Of a stretch of 64,000 nt of DNA, positions 1 to 13,514 are shown in pieces. The DNA comes from Octopus sinensis (Eukaryota): contig NC_042999.1 in assembly GCF_006345805.1 (NCBI RefSeq), forward strand, positions 806,001-870,000, given 5' to 3'. The first letter of the stretch is position 1, and each line of letters opens with the position of its first letter. Position numbers and translations under genes: made by a program. The notes beneath the pieces are model-generated. The model searched no databases. It was not told where the DNA came from and worked only from the letters and a program-made list of their open reading frames with translations.

Positions 1-308
1 TTTTGATTTAGACATATATCACTATTAATATCAACTCTTCGTTCTGTTTGAGGCATCCTCTCCACCACACTCTTTCTCTTTTTTTTCCACCTCTATCCCT
101 CTTCCCCTCTCTCGTCCCTATCTCCTCCCCTCTGTCTCTCCCATGTATTGTTATTCAGCAAGCTTGTAGCAATTCCAGTAACTGTGTTGAGTTAAAGAGC
201 ACGAGTATACACTCCCACTCAACGATGACTTCGTTCATAATTCTACATTGCTTTGCAATCTAGAATACTTCCTGATTATATCTGTCATGTTGTAGAATGC
301 TGTCAAAG

Positions 309-460
309 ACCAGTGCTCAACTGGTACTTATTTTATCGATCTCAAGAAGTTGAAAGGTAAAATCGAACTTAGCAAAATTTGAACTCAGAACGTGAAAACG
401 GATAAAATGTTGCTAAGCAATTTGTCCGGCTTACTAACGATTCTATCAGCCCACTACCTT
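309..460 (-). mobile_element. tRNA-derived SINE family A, diverged copy
   Basis: Reverse complement of the family consensus seen at 47505-47700 (ctggcagaaacgttag...ttctgagttcaaattccgccgaggtcgactttgcctttcatcc), with many substitutions. Confidence 0.7.
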
Positions 461-1749
461 AGCTTTAGGCATAATCATAAGTCCCAAAACCCTTGATTAC
501 GGTTGCTTTATATACATTAGTCTTTCAAATATGCAGCTTGATCTTTAGAGATAATTATTGTATGATGAAATTATATAAATAGAATAACTAAGTTTTCAAA
601 TTAGGGTCCCTTTGTAATATATGCAACAGGTTCTGCGCTGCTTTCATCCAGCCTTACCATTTCTTACAGATAAAAGCAATTAAGAATACTGCCGCTTGTG
701 TGCTGAGAAGTGTGAAATGCATATTAATCACGTTAATCTGGTTGATATCCGATAACTTCCACCTACAAGAGATTTACATATTGCTTTCACGGTTATACAT
801 AAAATTCTTACAGTCTAATCTCTGTTTGTATCCTGAGTCTTCTAATGTTGAGATGAAATGCTTGGCACATCTCAAATGTCGGTGAGGGGGGGGGAACTTT
901 GAGGGGAAAAATCCTTGAGAGAAAAATAACTTTGAGGTAAAAAATAATCAAAAGCGAAACAAAATATAAACTGTTTCTGCCTAAGAAACGTGTAATGGCT
1001 GTTGGACGAAGACCTTCAGAAATTTATTAGATATGATTTCTAGGAATGCGTTTCAAACAAATCTAAAGATCACATGTTTCCCAGGAATATGGCGGTGCTA
1101 ATGGTAAAACAATAATACTAAATGTATCCATTTGTCTGCAGATAATGAGATTTGGTAAGTTATTTATTAATCGTGGCACGTTCACCTTGAAGTATACTGC
1201 ATCAATCTCTTTTGCGATGCTATAAAAATCCTCTACAAATCCTAGATTTACATTCTGATAAGGATCAGATAATATGTATATAGAACATGCAATGAATTGC
1301 CTACTATCGAATTTATAATATCTCTGAGAGGATTATGGTGAAGAGAAGTAGGTAGATAAAAGGGATTTGGAACCAGATTATCACGCGGAATATTTGTCTC
1401 TTTTGATTGAAATCTCATACGAGGAATATATGTATGTATTGCATGTATGTGTGTGTGTGAGGGGGAGGTATGCATGCATGAATGTTTGTATGCATGATTG
1501 CATGCAAATGTGCATGTGTGTATGTATGTGCGGATGTATGTATGAATGTATGAATATATGTATGAAAAGCTTACATATATGTATGAATCTATCTATTTAT
1601 CTATCTATCTGTATATGTACGCATACACACGCACAGACACTGACACACGCAGAAGAAGACAACACATACTCATATATACATGCATACACACACACACATA
1701 TATATATATGTGTGTGTGTATGCATGTATATATATATTTATATCAAATG

Positions 1750-2035
1750 TAAAAAGCACAACAAACGGAAACCGACAAAATATAACAAGCCGAAAAAGGA
1801 CGATAGCACAACAATGGCAACCAGGACAAAGCAAGCTACACAGATCATTCGCAGCCAACTGCCACTTCAGTCGGACACTGGAATGTCCACGTAGTTCCGC
1901 CCAATCCTCTCCGATACTACTCGAAACCGGTTGGGCCAAGGACTTAAGCTAAAAGCATCAAACCCCTGGGCAAATCAAACGAATCTACATATACAAACAC
2001 AAAGAAGTAACAAACAGGGGCTTCCGACTATCAGA
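1750..2035 (-). mobile_element. Probable retroelement (PLE-like) 3' end carrying a permuted hammerhead-like motif
   Basis: Bounded by TA microsatellites, T-rich end on the minus strand, same layout as 61917-62220. Confidence 0.5.
1864..1936 (-). ncRNA. Candidate pseudoknotted/permuted hammerhead ribozyme (core partly mutated: GGAA, CUGAAGU)
   Basis: Minus strand: gcccaa-10nt-gtagUA/ucgga-5nt-uugggc GGAA cuac-15nt-uccga CUGAAGU. Three perfect stems: gcccaa/uugggc, guagu/acuac, ucgga/uccga. Confidence 0.55.
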
Positions 2036-2036
2036 C

Positions 2037-2071
<35 letters not shown>

Positions 2072-2076
<5 letters not shown>

Positions 2077-2301
2077 CTTTACTGCCCACAAGGGGCTAAA
2101 CATAGAGGGGACAAACAAGGAGAGACGAAGGGATTGAGTCGATTATATCCCCCCCCAATGCGAAATTGGTACTTTATTTATCGACCCCGAAAGGATGAAA
2201 GGCAAAGTTGACCTTGGCCGAATTTGAACTCAGAACGTAACGTCAGACGAAATACCGCTAAGCATTTCGCCCGGCGCGCTAACGTGTCTGCCAGCTCGCC
2301 G
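2072..2301 (-). mobile_element. tRNA-derived SINE family A
   Basis: Near full-length match to other family A copies, ending ...ctgccagctcgcc. Confidence 0.85.
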
Positions 2302-2630
2302 ATGGATTCTACCATCGTTAGACGATGTATGAGGTGCGACAATTTCTTACCGAACAACCACACACATATACATATATTTAAGTACCTATCAGTCTGACAA
2401 TCTCTCAGACACACTTCCTATATAGCTCTGTCTCTCTCTCTCCCTATATATATATAAATCTTTAGTTAAATATATTCAATGAGAATATTATATACTGAAT
2501 TTATATTGAGTGCTCTATTGTATCAAAGTATTAATACTATTAATGTATTTATGTATTTAATACGAGCGATTATATATAGCAGAAGAGGTATCTATAAATG
2601 CTTATCAATGTAGGATTCCATTACAGGGCC

Positions 2631-2660
2631 AGCACTTCTGCGAAACGATCGTAAGATGCT
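2631..2660 (+). ncRNA. Hammerhead remnant with stem II deleted
   Basis: agcactt-ctg...c-gaaa-cgatcg-ta-agatgct: stem I, GAAA, palindromic stem III and UA remain; most of CUGANGA and stem II are missing. Confidence 0.4.
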
Positions 2661-2822
2661 TTAAGAACTTAATTCAACACTTTTAAAATGTCATTATTAT
2701 ATATTTATACTTATATATATTTAAATATATTTATATATATTTATATATATTTTTAATACAATAATTATTTTACACACGTATATATCTTTCTGAAGAATTT
2801 TCTAATATTGATTTACTGATAT

Positions 2823-2884
<62 letters not shown>

Positions 2885-3163
2885 CATATTTATATAGACA
2901 TACATACATATATACATATATAAGACAAAATAGAGTGAAAAACTACAGAAGGCTTGTGTTTTATGGTTAAAGAATATATTTAAATCGTTATGTTAGAAAA
3001 ATGTTATAAAATTTTGCGTATAATAGCATTGTTTTTGGAGAAATAACCGGTTTCGTATGTTCTTTACAAATTTCTCAAATATATATTTTGTCATGTCTTC
3101 GCTATGTTGTGACATATGGAGTTCCAGACAGAGGAAGGTAATCAGGGATTTTTTCCGGTATAA

Positions 3164-3600
3164 AAACTAAAATCAGAAACCAATTGGTCCAGGAAACTAG
3201 ATGATAAAATGTTTTTATTTTTCCTTTCGTTCCTGTCGAATTTTACCCCTAATTTTGTGGTTATAGTACATTCTAGCGTGTTGAAAACCACGAGTAGATT
3301 CCTTATATGTTTAAATATACACTTTTGTACATTTAAACAAATGTACAATTTTGAAAAAATTAGGATGTATAATCAAGAGGCACATAGTTGAATGCCTCGT
3401 GTTTTATAATAGTTAATCTGAGGTGTACCTGTTGAAGAAGATTTCACCTAGCGAATTTTATTTATTTGCTAAACTAAAATCAGAAACCAATTGGTCCAGG
3501 AAGCTAGATGGTAAATATTTTTATTTTTTAATTCGTTCCTGTCGAATTTTATCCCTAATTTTGTGGTTATAGAACCTAGCTGTTCTTTCTAGCGTGTTGA
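3164..3600. repeat. ~125 bp direct duplication (3164-3287 / 3471-3601)
   Basis: aaactaaaatcagaaaccaattggtccagg...ttctagcgtgttgaa occurs twice. Confidence 0.8.
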
Positions 3601-4916
3601 ATCCCAAAATAAATAAATAAATAAATAAAATAGATAACATATTATATATATATATATATTGGTTATTTATGTATTGGTTTATGTCTATCGCTGTTTGAGT
3701 TGCATAATAGTGGTTTTATTTCTAATTTATATTTTATATATATATTGTTAAATTTGATTTAATACTAAATTGAATTTTTCCCTGTAAGTTTGTAGTTATA
3801 CTCCTTAATATTACATATATATATACATATATATATACATATATATATATATGCATAAATATATATACACATATACATAATTACATTGTGTGTGTGTGTG
3901 TGTGAGTGTGTGTGCATACATATTACTGTTGGTTTAGTTGTTTATTCAAATGTTCCAAACAGTTACCCACAAACATAAATTATAGTTATGTTTTTCTTTT
4001 AATATTTTACATTGACAAACAAACATCCATATAACTTTACATTTCCAGACTATTCATGGGGCCATTATAATTTTGGACAGAAGCTTACAATGTAATTATA
4101 ACGTAATTCCTAATTCTACGTCTGAACTGTACTTAGGACAATTTTTATTACTCATCGTAATATTTTCAAGTTGTTACATCAATTCATTTGCTTATTTCAG
4201 AATCAAACATATTGAAATGTTCTTAATTCAATGAAAAGAATTCCATGTATGTCTTTGTATCAAAATCGTCTTTCAATAGAGAATGTGTGTGTGTATGTGT
4301 TTGTATCTGTGCGTATGTGTGTGTGAGTGTGTGTGTGTGTGTTGTTCTTAAGTAACAAAAAGGGTGAAGAACCGAAGGGGTTTTGGTTAACTGGTTTCAA
4401 TTCTTTCAGTTCCGCTGAATTGAAAGTTCCATGTATTACTTTCGCATGTAATTCTTTCATAAAACAAACATCTACCATATTCCTGGAAGCAGTTTAGTAA
4501 CAGAAGAAATGGCTTTGTTCGTAGAATATCACCAATCCAATTTGAGTAATACAATTCATTGTATTATCCAATAGCATCCTAATATATTTGGAAATATTTC
4601 CTGGTAATTCTTTCTGTAATATAATGCAATAACTGATAATCCTAACGGCGTATTGGAATTATGGGGAAGCATAATTCTTTATGAAATAGATTCTCACAAA
4701 ATCCATAATATTGCGGCTAACAAGTTTAGTTCTATTGTTGGCTGTTAAATGCTCTAACAAACCGATTTAACCATCAGTCGTACAAAGGCAGCAACAAGGA
4801 CTGATTCATACGTGTGTCTACTGGAAGAAAAAAGGAAATCCAAATGGGTGAACATACATTTAATTCACATATGGGAAGAGAGATAGGAAATATGTGGATA
4901 CGTAGATATCAATATA

Positions 4917-4954
<38 letters not shown>

Positions 4955-5336
4955 TATAATATCTAGTGTGTGTGTGTGTGTGTGTGGTGTGTGTGTGGTG
5001 ACTACTGTTGATGAAAAATCTTTGCAATACACCACGACGTCAAACCTTTGAACTTTACATAAAACTGTTATTATTATCAATGATAAATCTCAGAGCGAAT
5101 TATAATTATCATTATGTTATTATTATCATTACTTTATTTTTATACTTTCTAAACTTTCCTGTATTAGCCACTACACACATTTTTTTCTCTCCTTGTTTTT
5201 TGTCTGTTCATTTCTTTAGAAGAGCGTAGGCTCGAAACATAAAAACTTTTTCTATTCCTGAGCATTATAAACAATACAACTGTTTGTTTTGTACACCACT
5301 TGTCTTCGTCTTTTTTTTTGTTTCGTAAACTCTCCC

Positions 5337-5386
<50 letters not shown>

Positions 5387-5387
5387 T

Positions 5388-5471
5388 GGGATGAAGAGTA
5401 GCTTGCTTTCTACCCTTCTTTCGGATAATTACTATTTCCGAGGTTCCGCTAGCTACGAAACATGTGTAGCC
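5388..5471 (+). ncRNA. Decayed type I hammerhead motif
   Basis: aUGAAGA gtagct...agctac GAAA catgtg UA. Stem II is intact, C3 is mutated, stem I is poor. Confidence 0.5.
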
Positions 5472-5504
5472 TGGATTTTTAGGTACTCCATTCTCTAATC
5501 TTGA

Positions 5505-5586
<82 letters not shown>

Positions 5587-6890
5587 CATGTGTGTGTGTG
5601 GCGTGTGTGTGTACTCGAGTATCATTAAAAAGAATGGAGAATTATACATCGTCAAAATGTGTTTATTTCAATTTTATTCTGATTAAATTCACATAAGATT
5701 ACAAATCGATACGTGTTTCTACTGCATAAGTGCCCTAATACCCTTCCATCTAGCATTTATATGCCTTTATTTCGTTCACTTGTTGTACATATTCATCCAA
5801 GGTAGACATCCTTATACGGCTTTGTTCAAGGTTTTACCCCTAAGGGTGAGTGAAGCGAACTGAGAAATCCAGTGTTACATGGTCCTCTTTAAAGTATTTC
5901 CTAGATAAAGAATCACAAAATCTTGAGGGTACATAACAGTAGGAATTGCTTTGAAATACGACATAGCTATATTTCTGGTATCTTTTAAACTTAGAATGAT
6001 CTTGCTAGAGTTTCAGAGAATAGATTATTGTATATGCTCAGTAGTAGAGAGAAGCTTAGCTAGGTCAGGATGCATTCACCTCGCTGATCACTCGTAATGA
6101 AGATGAAATGATACCAAATAACATAAATAGAATAATTGAAAAGGAATCGAAAGAAAGCGAAAGTAAAGAAGAAATAAGAAATTAAAGGCGAATGAGGTTT
6201 ATTGTGCGATTGTTAAAATCTAACTAGAATAAATCTATTTGACTTGGTTAACATGTGTGCACTCCCATCTATATGGTATCCTATAAAATATCGTTATTTG
6301 GAAAGAGTTAAATAATTTTCTAAAAGAATGCGTGCATTTCAGAGCTAACTCGTTTCCGTGATTTAATAACATGTAATTAGAGGTAAAGCTGTGTCAAATT
6401 ACTTCTAAGCATAAATTTTACTTGCATTTCCCAACTGTAGATGATGAAACTAAGCTAATAATTTTCTAGTTAATGTCATATTTGATATTCTTATCCTTTA
6501 AAGACCAAATAAACTCGCTCAAACTTGTAGAATTCTTTTGTTTTCCTATATTTGAAAGAAGAAAAGTTCTTATGCAATTTCTGCTTAAAGTCAGTAGAAC
6601 ATGTAATAATTAGGAATGTCAGCAACCGTTACTGTACGTCTATAGACTGCTTTTTTTCTCTGAGTCATTGCACTTTAAGCGAACATAATTTCTTTTCACG
6701 GTTACTTTAAGGCTTATTAATATTTTTCATCGTAAAAATATTACTGTTTCTATCGCAGAAAATATTTCTCTTCACACGGCTGACGAGGTGAAAGAATTGA
6801 GGTGGAGGGGGCACAACTCCACACCTACAATCATTACTGCATGTGGTATATATATATATATATATATACTTACATGCAGTATACTTACAT

Positions 6891-7222
6891 GCGTGACTCA
6901 GTGGTTAGAGCGTCGAGCTTACGATCGTGAGATTGTGAGCTCGAATCCCGGACCGGGCTGCGTGTTGTGTTCTTGAGCAAGACACTTTATTTCACGTTGC
7001 TCCAGTTCACTCAGCTGTAGAAATGAGTTGCGACGTCACCGGTGCCAAGCTGTATCGGCCCTTGCCTTTCCCTTGGACAACATCGGTGACGGGGAGAGGG
7101 GAGGCCGATATACATGGGCGACTGCTGGTCTTCCATAAAACAACCTTGCCCGGACTTGTGCCTCAGAGGGTAACTCTCTAGGTGCAAACCCATGGTCAGT
7201 ATCTGACCAAAGGGGGTCACCA

Positions 7223-7224
<2 letters not shown>
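6891..7224 (+). mobile_element. tRNA-derived SINE family D
   Basis: A-box-like tgactcagtggttaga, B-box-like gctcgaatccc, core gtgttcttgagcaagacacttt; tail shared with 40130-40322. Confidence 0.8.
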
Positions 7225-7262
<38 letters not shown>

Positions 7263-7400
7263 CAAATGAGTATACATCAGTTAGTGTGCTAATGTGTTGA
7301 GTAAGGCACTGACCACAGTTTGGGTTATCTGATGTCATCCTGAGTTGGGGCATTTTCCCCTTGGTTCTACACCAGTAATCTCGTAGTGATAGTTGGATAA

Positions 7401-7546
7401 TAACCGATTAAGTAAACGATCATTTTGACCCAACCTGCGACTATCCTTTGTTGGTGAGATTTCGCACATTCTACCGATAAAGGACAGTTGCAGGATGGGT
7501 CGAAACGATCGGCGTGCAAAATAAGTACTGTTTCCTTAATCGATTA
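7401..7546. repeat. Imperfect fold-back element with two outward-facing decayed hammerhead motifs
   Basis: Arms 7401-7460 and 7468-7546 are reverse complements. The right arm reads ccgataaag gac...gtc GAAA cgatcg. Confidence 0.65.
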
Positions 7547-7622
7547 TGATATATATATATATAAAGGCTGAGAGAGAGATAGGGTGTGAGAGAGATGTAT
7601 TTATATATACCCTTTACCATCG

Positions 7623-7677
<55 letters not shown>

Positions 7678-7806
7678 ACTTATACATTCATATATATATA
7701 TATATGTGCGTGTGCGCGTGTCTGTGTATGTATGTATTATATATACTTTTATTCGTTTACTTATTTCAATTATTAGTCTGCGGCCAACTGGGCCACTATA
7801 GTTTTA

Positions 7807-7885
<79 letters not shown>

Positions 7886-7974
7886 GCGTACAGGACGTCA
7901 CCAGCGGTGCAAATAACATGAAATACATACATAATATATATATATATATATTATATATATAATATATATATATA

Positions 7975-8328
7975 AAGGAAATGAAGAAAATGCTGACAAA
8001 ATAATTTAAGTAAGGGAGAGTGTATTTAATTAGGTGAAAGTTATTTTTACCGTTGCGCATTTGTTATGCTTATCAAAAGATATTTTTTAAAGAGAGATAG
8101 AGTTCCTTTCTAATAGATTTTTTTTCTCTTATCAGATAAGAGGAAAAAATCTATCAGAAAGGAACTGTATCTATCTTAAAAAAATATCTTTTGATAAGCA
8201 TAACAAATGCGCAACCGGTAAAAAGAACTTTCACCTAATTAAATACACTCTCCCTTACTTAAAATATTTTGTCAGCATTTTCTTCATTTCCTTATTTTAT
8301 ATATCACAACTCGTGTTCCCATCTCCTT
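7975..8328. repeat. ~320 bp fold-back palindrome with a one-sided ~35 bp tail, in (TA)n
   Basis: 7975-8293 is self-complementary about ~8134 (cttatc-a-gataag); extra tail 8294-8328. Confidence 0.9.
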
Positions 8329-8452
8329 TTTTATATATATATATTATATATATATATATATAATATATATATATAACGGTGGTGCATCAGCATGGCCGCA
8401 GCTCTGAGCTGAAACTAGAAAAAAAAATAGATAGATAGATAGATAGACAGGC

Positions 8453-8514
<62 letters not shown>

Positions 8515-8749
8515 TTATATATGTTTGTGTTTCTTTAAGTTTGTGTTTGACATTTCACACTCTTGGTTGGTGTTGTTTTGATAACATTCCCATAACTAAG
8601 CAGTTGGGCAAAGCATATCAAGAAAATAAGGACCAGATTTTAAATAAGTTTAATTAAACCAAAGAAAGTAGTACTCCAACATAACCAATAATTTTGTTAC
8701 AAATTATGTATCTTTTTAATTAAGATTGTGCTTTTTAAGTGACGCTAAT

Positions 8750-9065
8750 AGGGGGCTTTATACGTGATGGGGCCACGTAAAATGCACTCGTGCTGGCGCC
8801 ATGCAAAATTTACGTGAGCTAATACCATGTAGAAAATGTTCATATTGGTGCTATGTAAAAGGCTCTCATGCTGATTCCACATTAAAAAAAGCACTCAGAA
8901 CACTCTATAAAATGTTTGGCGTTAGGAAGGGTTTCCAGCCGTAGAAATCGTGTCAAAACAGACCATGAGGCCTGGAGCAACTCACCGGCTTACCGTCTCC
9001 TGTAAAACCGTTCAGCCCATACCATCATGGAAAAAGGAAATTAAATGCTGACGATGATGATGATG
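8750..9065 (+). mobile_element. SINE-like family with ~21 bp internal repeats and (GAT)n tail
   Basis: Repeated gtgctggcgccatgcaaaa-like units, ttggcgttaggaagggtttccagccgtagaaa motif, ends in a GAT microsatellite. Confidence 0.55.
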
Positions 9066-9172
9066 ATGATAATGATGAAGGTGACGATAACGTCGATGAT
9101 GATGATGATGATGATGATAGTAACATTGATAAACCAAAATATGTAGAATGAGGTTTCTTAACCGGATATATA

Positions 9173-9380
9173 TATTTCTTTACTGCCCACAAGGAGCTAA
9201 ACATAGAGGGGACAAACAAGGACAGACAAAGGGATTAAGTCGATTACATCGACCCCAGTGCGAAACTGGTACTTTATTTACCGACCCCCGAAAGGATGAA
9301 AACCAAAGTCGACCTCGGCGGAATTTGAACTCAACTCAGAACGTAACGGCGCGCTAGCGTTTCTGCCAGCTCACCGCCTT
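9173..9380 (-). mobile_element. tRNA-derived SINE family A (internal deletion)
   Basis: Matches 2072-2301. Confidence 0.85.
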
Positions 9381-9969
9381 AACCAGATGTGTAGCAGCAA
9401 CCATGGTGCATGCAGTACATATGCACAAATCATATCATGTCTACTCATGCATTCATTTGATCCCTTCATCACCAACCTTGGTACACAAATACTTTTCCAA
9501 AGATATTTATGTAGTTTTACAAGCTTCTTTTATATGCTTGAATTTGTCATTTCACTTGCCGCAATACAAGCAGTTCTGTTAAGAATCCTTATATAAAAAA
9601 AAAGCAAAAGAAACGTCGCCCTTTAACCCATCTTTAACCAAACGCAGCAGAACATAAGTAGGAATACGTCTCAATCCCTGTCAACTGCAGCATATGAAGT
9701 TATTAGAAGTGAATACTTACAGGCAATTGTAGAGATCAATAGTTATGAATATGTTTGTGAACGTCTCTGGTTGTGGAGAGTGTGTGTGTGTATGTGTGTG
9801 TATATACATATTGTATATTATATATATATACATATATAAATATATATATACGTCTGCGTAAGAATACACTTTCATATAAATATATATATATATATACGTC
9901 TGCGTAAGAATATACCTTCATATATATATAAATAAATATATATATATAGACACACACACACACACTCAT

Positions 9970-10022
<53 letters not shown>

Positions 10023-11265
10023 CAGAGACACATATAGACGCACCTGCACACACATATGTTTGATCTCATCCCAACTTCTGATGTATAAATATATATATAT
10101 ATATTTGGAGAGATACTCACATAGTTTGTATAGGCGCTTATATCTATATATGTGTGTGTGCATACGTGTGCAAATATATATATATATACACAAATACACA
10201 CACACATACGTACATATGCAAGTGCACGTATTTGTATGTAAATGTATGTGTCCTTGTACACGCTCATACACAAATACATACATATATACATACATACAAG
10301 TATGTATATGTATGTGTATATGTGTCTTTGTGTATGTGTCTATGTGTGTGTGCGTGTGTGTGTTAGTCACTACCTCAATCTTTCCTATAATGCCTCAAAG
10401 TCCTATGCAGTTCGGTGCAGTATATATACAAAAGAAGGTTACACAGGCTGCGTTATCTGTTCATTTGCATGTAATATTTGTAATGAATGCAGTTATGTGT
10501 GTACATTTGCACACATCTTTGCAGCTGCCTTTCAGAAATAGGATCTTTCGGTTGACAAAACAAACTTTGCCCCCTTTCAAAGCTTACCAAAGATTCGCAG
10601 TGTTTACCATTCTTACAAATAAGTTTCTATGGTTTAATTTTTCCCAAAGAGAACATGTCAAGAAGAGGTTCCTGGCATGTTGCGTTGGGCATTTATTATT
10701 CCGCGTGTCATTTTTTCCCCTCTATTTCATTCCATTTCTATCCTCTTCTAATCACCATAGAATAAACCTAAGATACCTCCGAGAGCAAAAATAATAGACA
10801 AAGATATCTATATTCCACATGCAGAAATATATATATACACGCACATACATATATACATATTTATATGCATGCGTGCATGTGTGTGTGTGACTGTATAAGT
10901 ATATATACATCCATCTATATACTATATATATTATATATATATATATATTATTTAATGCATGCGTGCATGTGTGTGTGTGACTGTATAAGTATATATACAT
11001 CCATCTATATACTATATATATGTATATATATATATATATTATGTATATATATATATATATACATGAATATTAATCTGTACACACACACATATATATATAT
11101 ATGTATATATATATATAATATATATACATAGACATACGACACATGCATATATACATATGGATATCTATGTACGTGTGTGTCACTATGTCCATATTTATAT
11201 ATGTAGGTATGTACGTACATGTATATAGGCATTCATTTATGGATGTATATATATATATTTATATA

Positions 11266-11326
<61 letters not shown>

Positions 11327-11823
11327 TTATACGTATATACATGTATGTATATATATGTATGTGTATATATGTGTATATATATATTTAACTCATCTGCCCA
11401 TTCATTTTTGTTTTTGTCATATTTCTTTCATTTGTCTTTTTTCCTTCCTCTTCTCCTTCTGGGATCCCCTCTCCCTTATTTTTTTTTTCACTTTTCCCTG
11501 TACATTTTCTTTGCTTCAATCTGGTCTCTCCTTTCTTTTTACATTTATTTTACCCACTTTCTCATCTTCTTTTGTAAATATATTTTTCTCTATTCTTTTC
11601 CTGAAAACTAACAGCAACCGTTACTCAATTCGCACCACGTTTTCTTGGATTATACATGTATGTATATAAATATATGTTTCTCTATGTGTGCGTGTTTGTT
11701 TAAAGTTATATGTGTGTATATTCTTCTCTGTGTGTGTGTGTAACACACATACAAACTTATGTTGAGCCTCCGCAATATTCCAAATTTTGTATAATTTGTA
11801 TAAAACAACAGTTTTATCGAAAG

Positions 11824-11880
11824 TGTATATTGTTGTTAAATGCTCGAAATACGAGACTAGAAAAACAGCCAACTACTTTA
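11824..11880 (+). ncRNA. Decayed permuted hammerhead-like motif (CUGANGA deleted)
   Basis: uguaUA/uuguuguu...gcuc GAAA uacg...aacagccaa CU. Stems III and I pair as in the 1864, 13457 and 62065 copies; the element ends gacgtcctgtgccca like 13318. Confidence 0.4.
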
Positions 11881-12018
11881 TGCTGTTTGTTATATTTTTC
11901 ATTTGTGTCTTTCGTTGTTCGAAAGAATAGTTCATGTTCCATGTACTCGTGCCTCGTACTTTTATGTTGTACATGTTTCGTGACGTCCTGTGCCCACATA
12001 TATATGTATATGTATATG

Positions 12019-12080
<62 letters not shown>

Positions 12081-12097
12081 ATAATGTATATATATAT

Positions 12098-12345
12098 AAA
12101 GGAAATGAAGAAAATGCTGACAAAATAATTAAGTAAGGGAGAGTGTATTTAATTAGTTAAAAAATCTATCAGAAAGGAACTCTATCTCTCTTAAATAAAT
12201 ATCTCTTGATAAGCATAACAAATGCGCTACCGGTAAAAAGAACTTTCACCTAATTAAATACACTCTCCCTTACTTAAATTATTTTGTCAGCATTTTCTTC
12301 ATTTCCTTTTTTTATATATCACAACTCGTGTTCCACATCACCTTT
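12098..12345. repeat. Second copy of the 7975 fold-back family with a short left arm
   Basis: aaggaaatgaagaaaatgctgacaaaat... inverted against the right end; same tail atatcacaactcgtgttcc. Confidence 0.85.
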
Positions 12346-12371
12346 TTTAAATATATATATTATATATTATG

Positions 12372-12424
<53 letters not shown>

Positions 12425-12445
12425 ACACACACACGCACACACCAC

Positions 12446-12481
<36 letters not shown>

Positions 12482-13094
12482 AAAGAGGTAAAGAGATTAA
12501 CAAATTCAGACAGATACCTAGAATGTACTCAGTATCAAGCGAACTTAGCTAACTACATCAAACAATCAGACACCAACAAATTCAAGCAGAATTAACATCT
12601 AAGTTAATTCCTTGTGTGCGTGGCACATAAAAATATATGTTAGAACAATTTTAAAACATCGATACTCTACGCAACATGAACAAAAATGGACAAAATGACA
12701 TCTTTGATGATTGCACCATTTTATATAATGCTGAGGAAAGCCAGTTTAATATTTAGGTCTATGTTGCTGCTGCTGCTGTTGTTGCTGTTGTTGTTACTGA
12801 AGAATAAACAAATTAACAGAAATTATACGTTACAACTTATAATATATATATATGCAGTGGTGGAGTGGGCAGTTTGCCAGCTTGCCCGATGGCAAGTGGG
12901 CCACTGCGCCATTAGAATCCATATATGGCGTGGGGCCATGTTAGTATCTAAGGGGCCTATCCCTTCAAATTTGAGAATTTTATATTCAAGCTTGTGAGAA
13001 TGAATTAATTATTTCAGAGTCTCTATGTTTGTAGACAGTTGAAAAGAATACTTTTAACAGAAAAAAATAAGAAATGAAATGGTAGCATTGCGTA

Positions 13095-13204
<110 letters not shown>

Positions 13205-13456
13205 ATATATATAAATAATAAATAAATATATTAAATATACATAATATATATGCATATATACACACATATATGTACATGCCAACATATATATGTATATATA
13301 TATATATATATGCTTATTTGGGTACAGGACGTCAAAAGAAGTCAACAAATAACAAGCGAGAACATAAAAACAAAAAGTATGGAAAACGAACGTTTTTGTC
13401 GAACAACTAAAGAAACAAATAGAGAAACGAGACAGGCAACATAAAGAACATTCCCT

Positions 13457-13514
13457 TCATCAGTTGTCCTTTGTTTTATCTACTCCGTGTTTCGAAGCTA
13501 AGGACAAGACGTGA
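13457..13514 (-). ncRNA. Candidate permuted hammerhead ribozyme with canonical core nucleotides
   Basis: Minus strand: ucacGUC/uuguccuu agcuuc GAAA cacgg...aaggacaa CUGAUGA aggg. Stem I is a perfect 8 bp; stem III is restored by reverting two CpG-type G>A changes. Lies in repeat 13318-13650. Confidence 0.55.

Noticed and set aside
3040-3060. GAAA-ccgg-UU (minus strand), and similar half-motifs at ~5235, ~5710(-) and ~18454
   Set aside because: Probably decayed PLE hammerheads, but CUGANGA and stem I cannot be reconstructed, so they are not called as features.
6891-6960. tRNA-like sequences here and at 23559, 39810, 62677 and 63613
   Set aside because: They are SINE heads continuing into repeat bodies, without a complete cloverleaf or acceptor stem.
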